From: Candidatus Doudnabacteria bacterium
GTDB taxonomy: Bacteria; Patescibacteriota; Doudnabacteria; UBA920; VMFF01
DNA: 48,349 nt
Reading direction: 5' to 3'
Assembly (NCBI GenBank): GCA_963840645.1
Contig: CAWIZL010000004.1
Coordinates: forward strand, 153,121-201,469
Of this stretch, positions 27,905-38,609 are shown piece by piece. A program made the position numbers and the translations under genes. How positions within the stretch are numbered: position 1 is the stretch's first letter; every line of letters starts with the position of its first letter. The notes beneath the pieces are model-generated. The model saw nothing but the letters and a program-made list of their open reading frames with translations. It ran no database searches and had not been told where the DNA came from.

Positions 27905-29496
27905 CTAGTTTGTTGAAGAACTAGGCAAATCCAGCTTTGTCTGCATGTTCACCTTGCTCGCCCAACGCGGCACTGACTTTACCCAGAACGGCTTCAGCGT
28001 AACGTCCGCTGCGTCAATGCTGGGGTTTGCCAAAAGAATTTCTTTGACCTGCGCCGTGCTCTTGCCCAGCACCTGCTGCGTGATTGCGCCAGTGTCCAGC
28101 TTGGTGGCGAGCATGCTGACAAAGTGCACTGCCAGTGTGCCGTTGCCGGCAGCCAGATTAACCGTGCTGAACTGCTCTGAAATGTCCTCTTGCTGCTGGG
28201 TTACCAGGTACGTGTTCGCATTGAGCGTTGAGTTGATGCGCTGCTCAACGAGGTTCTTGAGGTCGTCCTCGCTGAACGCCAAGCCCGTGACGTGGCCCGT
28301 GATTGTTCCCGTGAACGTATCAACAGCATCGTTGACGGCGTGGTCAAACGTGATGCTCTTCACCTGGGTTGCTGTGCCAGAATCAATGAGGGTTAGGTTC
28401 TTGCTGCTGAGCTCCTGCTGCTCTGCTGCTGTGAGGAGCTGCTTCTGGAGCGCGTTGCCCGCACTGTCTAGGTCTTGCTGGCTGACCAGTGTCTTGAAGC
28501 GCGAGATGCCCCCCTGGGTTGGAACTGGGGACATTGCGTACAGCTCCTGCGGAACAGTGCCGAGCACGGCATTGTGGATCTCAAAGCGCGTGAGGGCAGG
28601 CGCATTGTACCCATCGCCCGGCTGGTCTGCAATGATGTCCACTGGTGCGCCCAGTGAGGTTGGGTCAACGTTCGTGGTACCTGGGATGTACTTTGTCTCG
28701 CCAATGCCGCTGACGTTTGATACGAGGTGGTAAACCTCAGTCCCCACGGTGAGGGTCGTTGTGGCAGCATCGAGCTTCAGCGTCTTGTTGGTGAAGTTGT
28801 AAATTTGGACTGTGCCAGTTGCCTTGTCGCCAACGTCCACTTTGCCAGTTGCGTTGAACGTCACTGTCTGGCTCTCGTCGCTGTCGAGAATTTGGCCTGG
28901 CAGCACGAGGTTCTGCACGTCTGGCTGGGTTGCCGTGGTGTCTACGGTCAAGTTGAGGTCGCGAGAAATTGGCTGGGTCTGCACGTAGATGGTGACGTCG
29001 CCTGTGGCAAGATGAACACCGCCAGAACTACGAGCAGCACGCCTGCGAGTACCGCAGCTGCAATGAAGTACCTGGTGAGGTTTCTTGACAGGCTCTTCTT
29101 CTGGCAGCGGATCAAAGGAAACTTCTGTGGCGCACGCGGAACGTGCAGCGGAACTGGAGGTCTCGGCGCAACAGGCGCGGAAGCAGGAACAGCGCGCGCC
29201 ACTGGCTTGCGCACAGTATCCATTGATGTGCGGCCAGTGTGCAAGCTTGCCACGCTGCCAAGGGCAAACCCTGCCTCCGCAGCTAAAGCCTGTCCCTTTT
29301 TATCAGCAGTCACAATGGTCACATCCTTGCCCAGCTCTATTGAGTGGGCGTAGAGCTTCTTGATGCTCGCCTCGTGCGCGAACATGAGGGCACCCTTTGG
29401 CAGTACGAGCACAACGTCAGCCGCTGGCTCGTGCGCCAGCTTCCGCGACGTGCGCGTGATGTCATCGTCTATGTTTACAAAAATTGTTTTAGGCAT
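27905..29496 (-). CDS. Conserved CPR single-pass membrane protein with a baseplate-J-like extracellular domain; frameshift near 28995
   Basis: N-terminal IFVNIDDDIT...VVLVLPKGA, a TM helix, then ATGKVDVGDKATGTVQIYN, ADQPGDGYN and LKPFWVKSVP. Confidence 0.75.
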
Positions 29497-30649
29497 GTTC
29501 GTGGTAGGCTTTACGCTTTGTCCAAGAAATCTTCTTTGAGGTCTCCACCTGTGGCTGATCGAACGGGTCAACGCCGCGCAGCACGGCTGAGTAAACAGCG
29601 TAGAGCTGCCAGAACGCGATGAACTCGCCGAGGTGTGCAGCATCGAGCACGAGCACGTTCTGCACCGCGCACGGGATGCCGTGCACCTTGGCGTCTTCGA
29701 GCGTGCCCCTGAACTCTGCCTCCATGGAAAACGAGAGCGGGAGCTTGTTCAGCCCAAAGAGGCTGCCGTCGCGGATGTGGATGCTGTGCATGGCTGCTGG
29801 CACCAGCGTGTGCGCGTCTGTGCGGAAATTTTCTACGTGGACAAAGAAGGCGGCAATGTTCCTGCGGCCACCAAAGAATCGCTGGTTTGTGTGGTGCTGG
29901 CTCTCCGGTGCCTCGTGCACAAAGTACGTCTGGCCAAGGCCTGCTTTGCCAAAGCTCTCGTGGCACAGCTGCACGATGAGGTTTGAGGCGCTGAACAGTG
30001 CGTTCGAGTAGAACGGCATGAACACGTCTACGATTCCGCTCTGCTCGAGCGACCACATTGCCTGGGCTGCGCGCATAGCTGGGTTCTTTGGGTTTGCGTA
30101 CTGGCTGTACACGCGCTGCGCACCTGTCCACAGCGCCCTCACGTCAATGCCGCAAATTGCTGCTGGCACCATCCCAACGTTGGTGAACGCCGTGTAGCGT
30201 CCGCCAATGTCTGGGTGCTCTATGAAGTGCGCGCGAGCTTTCTTGCCAATGCTATCGAGCGCGCTGCCTTTGCCCGTGATGAACAGCAGTGGGTAATCTA
30301 AAAAGTGCATGAGCGCTTCAATCTGAGACACTGTCTCCCCAGATTTTGAAATTGCAATGACCAAGGTTTCATCTTTCGCAAGGCTGCCCTTCAGGTGCGC
30401 GATGCGTTCAGGGTCAACCGTGTTCAAGAATTCCACGCGCTTGCCGCTCTGGTTGAGCACACGAATAATCGCCACGTTGCTCGTGATGCTGCCACCGTTG
30501 CCCACAATGAGGAGTGCCCTGTACGCTGCAAATTTTTTTGCCGTTTCTTCGAGGAAGCTAAAATCTGGCGCAACGTCCAAGAACGCTGCGTGCGGCAGGT
30601 CAATGTGTTGCTCTTCAAATTCAGGGATGTTTGCGAGCTCTAGTTCCAA
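29489..30649 (-). CDS. pgi: Glucose-6-phosphate isomerase-like (double SIS)
   Basis: VGNGGS, ISKSGET, IGGRYTAFT, QLCHESFGK and VDPFDQPQVETSK. Confidence 0.85.
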   Translation of the reverse strand: MELELANIPEFEEQHIDLPHAAFLDVAPDFSFLEETAKKFAAYRALLIVGNGGSITSNVAIIRVLNQSGKRVEFLNTVDPERIAHLKGSLAKDETLVIAISKSGETVSQIEALMHFLDYPLLFITGKGSALDSIGKKARAHFIEHPDIGGRYTAFTNVGMVPAAICGIDVRALWTGAQRVYSQYANPKNPAMRAAQAMWSLEQSGIVDVFMPFYSNALFSASNLIVQLCHESFGKAGLGQTYFVHEAPESQHHTNQRFFGGRRNIAAFFVHVENFRTDAHTLVPAAMHSIHIRDGSLFGLNKLPLSFSMEAEFRGTLEDAKVHGIPCAVQNVLVLDAAHLGEFIAFWQLYAVYSAVLRGVDPFDQPQVETSKKISWTKRKAYHEHA

Positions 30650-30662
30650 TTTTTTTTCTTAG

Positions 30663-32544
30663 CTACTCAATGGTGGCCTTGATTCTCCTCACGCCAGCTG
30701 ACACAGCCTCTTCTTTCGCGATCTTGAACTTGCCAATGGTGCCCGTGTGCTCAACGTGTGGGCCTCCGCAGAACTCGCGCGAGTAAACTTTGCCGCTGCT
30801 GTCAGCCACAGTATACACCGAAACAGTGTCGCCGTACTTTTCGCCGAACAGGCCAATGGCACCAAGCGCGCGGGCCTCGTCTGGCGTCATGATCGCTTTT
30901 GTGACGGTGAGGTCTTTTGCGATGAGGTCGTTCACGATTTTTTCTGTCTCTGCAATTTGCCCTGGGGTCATTTTCTCTGGCTGGGTGAAGTCAAAGCGCA
31001 GGCGCTCGTGCGTGATGTTGCTGCCCTTCTGCTGCACGTGGTCGCCCAGCACCTGGCGCAGCGCTGCCTGCAAGAGGTGCGTTGCTGTGTGGTAGCGAAC
31101 GACTACGTCAGAGTGATCTGCGAGGCCGCCCTTGAACGTTCCAGCTGACGACGTGCGCGAAAGCTCTTGGTGCTTTTTAAACTCAGCCTCAAACTCTTCG
31201 TGGTCTACTACGATGCCCCTCTGCTCTGAAAGCTCTCGCGTAATTTCCCACGGAATACCGAAAGATTGAAATAGGTTAAAAGCATCTTTACCTGTGATAC
31301 TTGCTAACTTGTATGACTCTTTCAAGCCAGCCTCCAATGTTTTTGAGAAACGCTGATCTTCTTCTAAGATCGTTGTAAAAATTTGGTCGCGGTTCTTTGC
31401 AAGCTCTGGGTACGCAGCAGAGTAGTTTGCAATGTAAAATTCCACAACGTCTTTCACCCACGTGCCAGTGAGCCCCAAAAGTTTTCCGTGCACGAACGCA
31501 CGGCGGAGCAAGCGGCGCAGAATGTAGCCACGGTCTTTGTTCGATGGCGCAATGCCATCAGCAGCAATGAACACTGATGCTCGAAGGTGATCGACAATGA
31601 TGCGCTCACGACGGGATGGGCTAATATTCATTACCTCTCCACCAACTCGATGCTCTGCCAGTATTTCAAACGCCCCGGTGAACAGTGCCGTATCAAACAC
31701 GCTGCTCTGGCCGTGAGTGAAGGTGAGCAGGCGTTCAAAGCCCATACCCATGTCAACGTTCTTCTGCGCAAGTGGCTCGTACTTGCCGCCACCCAAGCCA
31801 TTGAACTCCATGAACACGTTGTTGCAAATTTCAATGAAGCGGCCGCAGTCACAGTTGATGTGGCACCCTGTCAGGCTGCCTGTCTCACCCTGCCACTTCT
31901 CGTGCTTGGCGCACGCGCTGTCAGGCAGGCCGTGCTCTGTGTCAACGAACAGCTCTGTGTCAGGTTCGAGCTGGGCCTGTCTCGCCTGCCTGCCACCAGT
32001 TCTTGTCACGCCCGTACGCAAAAATTTTTGCATTCCCGCCAAACTTGAACACGTCGTCTTCAAACTCTGCCTCAATTGGCTTAGTGGCGTGCGAGCGGAA
32101 CGCCTTGCGCCACGCCTCAATTGCCACGTCATCGCGCGGCACGTAGTCGTCGCCGCGGAACACGGAAACGTACACTGTTGCTGGGTCAATGTCCAAGAAC
32201 TTCCCACCCGTCAAAAATTCAAACGTCTGCTCAACTGCCTGCTCTTTGAAGTAGTCGCCAAAGCTCCAGTACCCCATCATTTCGAAAAACGTCAGGTGCC
32301 TGTTGTCGCCGACCTCATCAATGTCGTTCGTGCGGATGCACTTCTGGATGTCTGCCACGCGCCTGCCGCCGGGGTGGTCTTCGCCGAGCAGGTACGGCAC
32401 GAGCGGGTGCATGCCAGCTGTGGTGAACAGAATGCTTGGATCGTTCTGCGGCACAACGGGAGCAGACGGAATGACCGTGTGCCCCTTTGATTGCAAAAAG
32501 TTCAGGAACAGTTCACGCAGCGGCTGTGGTTCGTAAATCTTCAT
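30663..32544 (-). CDS. alaS: Alanyl-tRNA synthetase, short form (catalytic plus editing domains, no C-Ala); frameshift near 31965
   Basis: LFTTAGMHPL, HLTFFEMMG, VDMGMGFER, IVDHLRA, GYILRRLLRR, HTATHLL, EFCGGPHV; ends GVRRIKATIE. Confidence 0.95.
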
Positions 32545-32566
32545 GGGACGTGTTGCTTCAAGCCTC

Positions 32567-33790
32567 TTACCTCAAGAGGTCGAGTGCTTTCTGGAGCTGG
32601 GGGTCAGCGCCGTTCGCAGTATTCGCCGTGGTGAGTGGAACCACGTAATCTGGAACCAGGCCGTGGCCGTCTATGTTCACACCTTTTGGCGTGAGCCACT
32701 TTGCAATGGTGATTTTTATTGCGCTGCCACCTTGCAGGTCGAAGAGCTGCTGCACAGAACCTTTGCCGTACGTCTGAACACCAACGAGCTTTGCGAAGCC
32801 GTAGTCACGCAGCGCGCCAGAGGTAATCTCAGATGCAGATGCTGTGCCAGCATCCACCAAAATTATAGTAGGAATTTTTGCCAAGGTATTGCCGCCAGTT
32901 GCTGGGTACGACTTTGTGAGGTCTGAGTTAGCCGCGTTGTGCTGCTCTGTCACAACCGTCTGTCCAGGCGTGACCCAGTACGATGACACTGCAACAGCAT
33001 CGTCTAGGTAGCCACCGCCGTCGCCGCGCAAGTCTAAGATGATGCCCGAAACGTTGTTCGACGTTGCCTGGGCTGCTGCCTGGGCAAACAGCGTGTCAGT
33101 GTCCGTGCCAAACGTCCCAATGGCAATGTACTCAACTTTCTTTGTGCCATCAATCTTGAGGCTGTACGTCACGCTCGGCACGTCTATGGTGGCGCGCGTA
33201 ATGGTGAAGTTCAGTGTTGCCTGCGTTGAAGGCCTGTATATAGAGAGCTTCACCTGCGTGCCCTTTGGTCCACGGATTGCTGTGACCGCGTTATCGAGGG
33301 TAATGCCTGCTGCGCTCGTGCCGTTGATGCTCAGAATTTCATCGCCAGTCTTCAGGCCAGCCTGCTGAGCTGGTGTGCCTGCCAGCGGAGACACAATCTC
33401 AACGTTGCCATCTGCAGCCAAGCCAACCTGCGCGCCAATGCCATCGAACGTGCCTGAGAGCTCTGAGTTAAACGCTGCAAGGTCTGTTGGGTCAAAGAAC
33501 TCTGTGTGCGGGTCACCAACTGCGTTCACCATGCCGTTCACGGCACCGTACAGCAGTGACTGCTGGTTAACCGAGCTCCAGTTAATGTAGTTCTGCTGGA
33601 GGTCTGTCATTGCATTCCACAACAGGCTGTAGTCTACGTTCGACGGTGCGCCATTCTCGTTGGTAATTTTAAAGCCACTTGGCTGAAACACGTAGCCTTT
33701 ATTGCCGAGGTGCAGGCCACCGAGGAATGAACCTGCGATCAAGATTACCGCTAAAACAATTGTGAATACGTACTTTTTTGTTGAAATCAT
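32567..33790 (-). CDS. ctpA: C-terminal processing protease (S41A, PDZ)
   Basis: GDPHT, FDGIG, ILDLRGDGGGYL, TASASEI, TYGKGSVQ and DPQLQKA. Confidence 0.93.
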   Translation of the reverse strand: MISTKKYVFTIVLAVILIAGSFLGGLHLGNKGYVFQPSGFKITNENGAPSNVDYSLLWNAMTDLQQNYINWSSVNQQSLLYGAVNGMVNAVGDPHTEFFDPTDLAAFNSELSGTFDGIGAQVGLAADGNVEIVSPLAGTPAQQAGLKTGDEILSINGTSAAGITLDNAVTAIRGPKGTQVKLSIYRPSTQATLNFTITRATIDVPSVTYSLKIDGTKKVEYIAIGTFGTDTDTLFAQAAAQATSNNVSGIILDLRGDGGGYLDDAVAVSSYWVTPGQTVVTEQHNAANSDLTKSYPATGGNTLAKIPTIILVDAGTASASEITSGALRDYGFAKLVGVQTYGKGSVQQLFDLQGGSAIKITIAKWLTPKGVNIDGHGLVPDYVVPLTTANTANGADPQLQKALDLLR

Positions 33791-33822
33791 AGGGGCAGTA
33801 TAAATGGTTTTGCGGGAAATGT

Positions 33823-33867
33823 AAAAAAGAGGGGCTCCAGTTCGGTTTTATCCGAACGCGGCGCCCC
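33823..33867 (-). terminator. Intrinsic terminator after the small orphan gene
   Basis: GGGGCGCC..GTTCGG/CCGAAC..GGAGCCCC followed by TCTTTTTT. Confidence 0.6.
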
Positions 33868-33885
33868 GAGGCTGTCACTGCTCAG

Positions 33886-34089
33886 CTAGAAACAGAAGAG
33901 CTCTTGTTTGCTTAGGTCGAGATGTGGGCGACGTTCTGTCTCCGGCAAGAGCTCGAGCAGCCCATGCTCATCAACCCAAGAATTTGGACGTTCTCTATCT
34001 CTGTACTGACGAATACCCTTTCGCAGCCGAACAATCTCAGCCTTCAGTTGCTGCCTGTCCATGTGCTGGATATCGTGATCGTTTTCCAT
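33886..34089 (-). CDS. Small orphan hypothetical protein
   Basis: AAAGGAGG before the ATG at 34089, TGGTAAGAT extended -10 upstream, terminator downstream. Confidence 0.6.
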   Translation of the reverse strand: MENDHDIQHMDRQQLKAEIVRLRKGIRQYRDRERPNSWVDEHGLLELLPETERRPHLDLSKQELFCF

Positions 34090-34134
34090 AATCCTCCTTT
34101 GCAAGGAAATCTTACCACCGAAAGAAGTGAACGT

Positions 34135-35013
34135 CTACTTGCTCACAAACTTCTCGCTCCTGAAAAAATTCATTACCGCAAGCGCACTGAATCGTGACCA
34201 AATGCCGAGCCAGACGAGCCAGTTCAGAACGAACGGGTAGCGCTGCCTATAGTGCTTGCGGTAAAAAATCCACATTGCATCATGGAACGCGTAGAGCGCT
34301 GAGTACGGCGCCTTGCGCGACGATGAACCTTTGTAGTGGTGACAAACAGTTTTCGGAAAGTACAGCACGCGGAAGCCAGCTGCCTTTGCGCGGTAGCACC
34401 AGTCAATGTCTTCACCGTACATAAAAAAGTCTTCGTCGAGGAGGCCGATTTTCTGGATGGTACTCGCACGAATTAACGTGAAAGCACCTGACACTGAATC
34501 AACGTCTATTTCTTTATTCTCATCTGTGAACGTGAGGTTGTAGTTTGCAGCGAGCTTGCTGTTTGGAAAAAGCTTGGACAAACCAGTGAAGCGAAGCAGC
34601 GCGTTGGCAGGATTTGGGAAGCTGCGGCGGCAGGCCAAATCTAAAGTACCATCACCTTTAATTAGCTTGCAGCCAAGAATGCCTACTGTCGCATCCGCTG
34701 AAATGCGCTCGAGGCACAGGCGCAGCGTATCTTTTTCTAGCTCTGTATCAGGGTTCAAGAGCAGCACGTACTCGCCCGCTGCGTGGCGAATGGCAATGTT
34801 GTTGCCCTTTGAAAAGCCATTGTTCGCATTGCGAATGAGGTGCGCTTGTGGAAATTCCGCCTCGACCATTTCAGCCGTGCCATCGCGCGAATCATTGTCT
34901 ACCACAAAAGTTTCGCACGTGTACTGGCCTAGCTCTGATGCAAAAACAGACCGCAGTGTTGTGTGCAGCTTATCTTGGCTTCGGAATGCAACAATGACAA
35001 TTGATAAATCCAT
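34135..35013 (-). CDS. Glycosyltransferase family 2 (WbbL-like)
   Basis: VVDNDSRDGT, LLLNPDT, VSGAF and DEDFFMYGEDIDWC. Confidence 0.93.
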   Translation of the reverse strand: MDLSIVIVAFRSQDKLHTTLRSVFASELGQYTCETFVVDNDSRDGTAEMVEAEFPQAHLIRNANNGFSKGNNIAIRHAAGEYVLLLNPDTELEKDTLRLCLERISADATVGILGCKLIKGDGTLDLACRRSFPNPANALLRFTGLSKLFPNSKLAANYNLTFTDENKEIDVDSVSGAFTLIRASTIQKIGLLDEDFFMYGEDIDWCYRAKAAGFRVLYFPKTVCHHYKGSSSRKAPYSALYAFHDAMWIFYRKHYRQRYPFVLNWLVWLGIWSRFSALAVMNFFRSEKFVSK

Positions 35014-35025
35014 GTACTATTAGGT

Positions 35026-35271
35026 TTACTTTGGGTGGCGCTTAATATCGTGAAAACGGTACTCACCTTCCTCAATGGTAAAGTAGGCACGCCAATCTCT
35101 GGTAACGCGTAGCTGCCACAGGCTAACCTTCTCGTCGTACTTTTTCGCGTGCAGTGATGGGTACCTCAAACCGACAAGCAGGAAATGTGTCTGCTTGTCA
35201 AAGGCGATTTGAACGGCAACAGGTGCAGCGCCGTAGCTTTTTGCAAAGCGATTGGAAAAACTCAGCTTCAT
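35026..35271 (-). CDS. RelE/ParE-superfamily toxin
   Basis: FSNRFAKSY, YPSLHAKK, WQLRVTRDWRAYF and C-terminal HPK. Confidence 0.75.
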   Translation of the reverse strand: MKLSFSNRFAKSYGAAPVAVQIAFDKQTHFLLVGLRYPSLHAKKYDEKVSLWQLRVTRDWRAYFTIEEGEYRFHDIKRHPK

Positions 35272-35283
35272 GCAACAGCAAGG

Positions 35284-35550
35284 CTAGTTTTTACCCTTGA
35301 GCTTGCTGGCCTGCCTGTGCAGGGCAGAGGTAAAAGCTTTGTGATCCTTGAAAGGCCCATGCGATCGACCTGCTTTGAAATCAGCCATGCTCTCCGCAAT
35401 GCCACGATCCATAACGGTCTGGGGTGTAAAAATTATTCTTCCTTTTTCTGCTTTGGCTTCAAAAATATCACCCACCTTGACGCGAATTTGATCACGCAGG
35501 AGCTGGGGTATAACGACCTGGTACTTATTCTTCACTGTGACAATTGACAT
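35284..35550 (-). CDS. AbrB/MazE-like antitoxin
   Basis: VKNKYQVVIPQLLRDQIRVKVGD...GRIIFTP swapped-hairpin signature; upstream TTGACA/TATACT promoter. Confidence 0.8.
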   Translation of the reverse strand: MSIVTVKNKYQVVIPQLLRDQIRVKVGDIFEAKAEKGRIIFTPQTVMDRGIAESMADFKAGRSHGPFKDHKAFTSALHRQASKLKGKN

Positions 35551-35625
35551 TGGTATATTGTTTAGTTGGAAAGTTGAACTGTTCAACTAAAGTATAGCAC
35601 CCCACGTGAGCCTGTCAATGGCAGC

Positions 35626-35955
35626 CTACTCTTTTACCCAGGTGCCACCAACGTACTTTGCGAGAGACGTACCCCAAACGTACTCATTGTTTGAAAACTC
35701 CGCGACGTGAATGGCAGTACCTGCGAAGTTACCTAACTGATACTCACCTTGCCTGACGTACTCGTACTCTGTAAAATCGTCCTCTGTCTCGGATGGGACA
35801 ATAACCTGTAAGTAAAAGAGACCTTTCTCATCTTCGCGGCTTTTCCCGATGGTAAAATCACCGCCTATTAAATCCCTCAACTGGGCGCTCACCTCTTCGA
35901 GGGTCGGGAAACGCTCTGGCGATATTTCAGAACTATGTGGACTATTTTCTGCCAT
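35626..35955 (-). CDS. Hypothetical acidic protein
   Basis: Co-directional ORF with an upstream TGTATAAT box; no motif recognised. Confidence 0.65.
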   Translation of the reverse strand: MAENSPHSSEISPERFPTLEEVSAQLRDLIGGDFTIGKSREDEKGLFYLQVIVPSETEDDFTEYEYVRQGEYQLGNFAGTAIHVAEFSNNEYVWGTSLAKYVGGTWVKE

Positions 35956-36007
35956 AGGATTGTATTTTTATGAATTAGAACCAGAGGCTTCATTATACAC
36001 CACGACC

Positions 36008-37009
36008 TTAAAACCACTTCGCCATTTGGCTGCCAGTGACCACTCGCCTGCTCTGAATAATTTTTCGCTTTGCCAACATCTTTGGCAGCAGGTTAAAAAA
36101 CTCTGGAACAGCTGGCAGCGTTGAACGTTCGAAAATTAAAATCCAGCAGAACATTGCCACTTCACGCGCTGCAATGAATGGGAAACCTAGCACGAGGGGC
36201 CACCCAAAATCATTTTTTATAATGGCGAACAAGTGGTTGCGCCAGTTCCAGCGACGAACGTTTACGGATAGCGTGCTGTGGTGCTTGTAGTACGCGACAG
36301 GGTTCTTGTACCCACCCTTGCTCGCACCTGCAACACGGCCGTGGTACACAACAGCTGCTGGCACGTAAGCACACTCGTAGCCAGCGAGGCGCAATCGCCA
36401 CGACAGGTCAAAATCTTCCCAGTATGCAAAAAAATCTTCGTCAAAGTACTCGTTGCCCGGAAGAGCAGCTGACTGCAGCGCTGATTTTCTGTACACAGCT
36501 GCTGTACCAGAAACGCCGAACACGTTTGGCTTACCATCAAACTGTCCGTGGTCTGCATCAAGCTGGCCACGCTCTTTGCCACGCCTGGCAATGTTCACCA
36601 AAATGCCAGTGCCATCTAAAATCCATTCGCCATTTTCTTTTTCTGGTCGCAACATTTTGCCGGTGGCAGCTCCAACCTTTTGATCATCAAACGCTCTGGC
36701 GATCGCAGACAGGAAACCTGGCGCCAGAACTGCGTCTGGGTTCAGCACCATGAGTAGCTCCGCATCGCTCTCTGCGAAAAATTTATTGTGGCCGCCAGCG
36801 TACCCTAAGTTTTTTTCATTCTGGACAACGTGCACGCGCTCGCCAAACTTTTCTAGCACAGCACCAGACACACTACTCCCTGGATCATTGTCCATGTACT
36901 GCAGAGAAAAATTCTCGTAGTCTTGTGCCAACACAGCCTCGATGACTGGAAAAATTTGTTCTGCCGGGTGCTTCCACCCGAGCAAGTTTACCACAATTTT
37001 TTTAGGCAT
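36008..37009 (-). CDS. Glycosyltransferase family 2
   Basis: NLGYAGGHN, VLNPDA, FGVSGTAAVYR and FDEDFFAYWEDFDLSWR. Confidence 0.93.
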   Translation of the reverse strand: MPKKIVVNLLGWKHPAEQIFPVIEAVLAQDYENFSLQYMDNDPGSSVSGAVLEKFGERVHVVQNEKNLGYAGGHNKFFAESDAELLMVLNPDAVLAPGFLSAIARAFDDQKVGAATGKMLRPEKENGEWILDGTGILVNIARRGKERGQLDADHGQFDGKPNVFGVSGTAAVYRKSALQSAALPGNEYFDEDFFAYWEDFDLSWRLRLAGYECAYVPAAVVYHGRVAGASKGGYKNPVAYYKHHSTLSVNVRRWNWRNHLFAIIKNDFGWPLVLGFPFIAAREVAMFCWILIFERSTLPAVPEFFNLLPKMLAKRKIIQSRRVVTGSQMAKWF

Positions 37010-38600
37010 TCTTTTCCTCTGTGTAAATCCTCAGCGCAACGCCCACCAGCGCGAGCATCACAAAGAAGTACATGAGCACGCGGTCATTGATGAGCGTGCC
37101 GTCAAACAGGGAGTACGCGTACAGCCACGTGAGCGTCAAGCCACCAGCTGCAACAAAGTGAACGAGTCCATCTTCTGTGTAAAGCACGTGGCCCCTGAAG
37201 AATTCCCAGCACGTCCTCACCGTACTCCAAGCAAACAGCACGAAGAACAGCAAGCCGAACACGCCAGTCTCAGTGAACACATCCAGGTAAAAATTGTGCG
37301 CCGTGATGTACTGCGACGGCAGGTTGTACACAGAATCTTTCGCAGACGCGAGCTGCGAGTAGCTGGCACCTTCAGCTGCCGCAACGCCAGTGTCCTGCGG
37401 CGACAGCGTGGTGATGAAGTTGCCGTACCCAACGCCCAGCAGCGGGTGGTGGATGTCTGCGAGCAGCGTGTCCTTCCAAATGTGGATGCGTCCTGCGTTC
37501 GACTGCTCTGCGAGGTCGTATATAGATGATGCCCGCTCAATGAAGTTGCCGTAGTTGCCGCGCGCGTGGATGAGCTGCAACCCCTTCTGTGCAAATGGGG
37601 ACAAGGCAACGAACAGCAGGAACAGGATGATCGGCCAGTACGTCCTGGTTAAAATTTTCCTGCCAATTTTTCTGGCGTACAGCACGGCGAGAATTAACAT
37701 TGGCGCAACAATCGCAACCCACGCGCCGCGCGTGCCAGACAGCGTGATGGCGAGCGATGCGAGCACAATGAAAATCCATACGCCAACTCGCTGCAGCCGC
37801 GTCTCTGCAAAATACAGGAGTGCTGTGGCAAACGGTAACGACATCACGGCAATGAGCGCGAACGCGTGCGAGTCTGGCAAAATTGAAAACATCCTCAGGG
37901 ATGGCGGCTGGTTCGGGTAGAACGAGAACCAAGAGTTTGAGTACGTCAGGGTCTGCGCGAGCTGCGTGCCGTAGTACGCCTTTGAAATCACGAGTGCCCA
38001 GTACTGCCAGAAGTAGTACGTGCTCGCGTACAGCGTAACGGCAAACTGCACGTAGCCAATGACGAGAATTGATGCGAACGAGCTGAGCGTTGCCCACAGC
38101 GCACGCACTACCTGCTGCTTTGTCTTGAGCGTGTTCACTGCCACAACGTACAGCACGTAGATGTTGCCGACGAACAGCAGCTTCTTCAGGCCAACAACTT
38201 TGAACTGTGCAACGAGGAGCGAGAGCAAAATGACGAGCGCGTAGCCGAGAAGGTACTTATCCCACTTTGAAAACTTCACGCTCGCGAGTGCCCGCCAATT
38301 GAACCCGTGCTCTCTGAAAAAGCTCCATGCAAACCTCAAAAATAGTGCGGCGAACACAATGCGCCAGCTCGACAGCGAATCGTAGCGCGGGTTTGGAATT
38401 GCCAGGTAAAACGGAATGGTGACAATTACACTGTATAGGGCGTACTCTGCATCGAACAGGAACAGCACCAAAATTTGGAGCGCGAGGTTTGCGTACACGA
38501 CCCAGCTAGGCCAAATTCCAACAGATACAACAGCCGCAACAAACAGCTGCGAAATGCCAAACAGCACGAGGCAAAAATTTTGGGTGAATGTTTTCTTCAT
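37002..38600 (-). CDS. O-antigen ligase/polymerase family membrane protein
   Basis: Many TM helices, SGTRGAW, GRIHIW, HPLLGVGYGNF and AHNFYLDVFTETGVFGL. Confidence 0.9.
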   Translation of the reverse strand: MKKTFTQNFCLVLFGISQLFVAAVVSVGIWPSWVVYANLALQILVLFLFDAEYALYSVIVTIPFYLAIPNPRYDSLSSWRIVFAALFLRFAWSFFREHGFNWRALASVKFSKWDKYLLGYALVILLSLLVAQFKVVGLKKLLFVGNIYVLYVVAVNTLKTKQQVVRALWATLSSFASILVIGYVQFAVTLYASTYYFWQYWALVISKAYYGTQLAQTLTYSNSWFSFYPNQPPSLRMFSILPDSHAFALIAVMSLPFATALLYFAETRLQRVGVWIFIVLASLAITLSGTRGAWVAIVAPMLILAVLYARKIGRKILTRTYWPIILFLLFVALSPFAQKGLQLIHARGNYGNFIERASSIYDLAEQSNAGRIHIWKDTLLADIHHPLLGVGYGNFITTLSPQDTGVAAAEGASYSQLASAKDSVYNLPSQYITAHNFYLDVFTETGVFGLLFFVLFAWSTVRTCWEFFRGHVLYTEDGLVHFVAAGGLTLTWLYAYSLFDGTLINDRVLMYFFVMLALVGVALRIYTEEKNA

Positions 38601-38609
38601 GGTGCTGGC

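Noticed and set aside
27905-29496. Prophage around the baseplate-like gene
   Set aside because: No other phage genes are present; it is flanked by pgi, alaS and r-protein genes.
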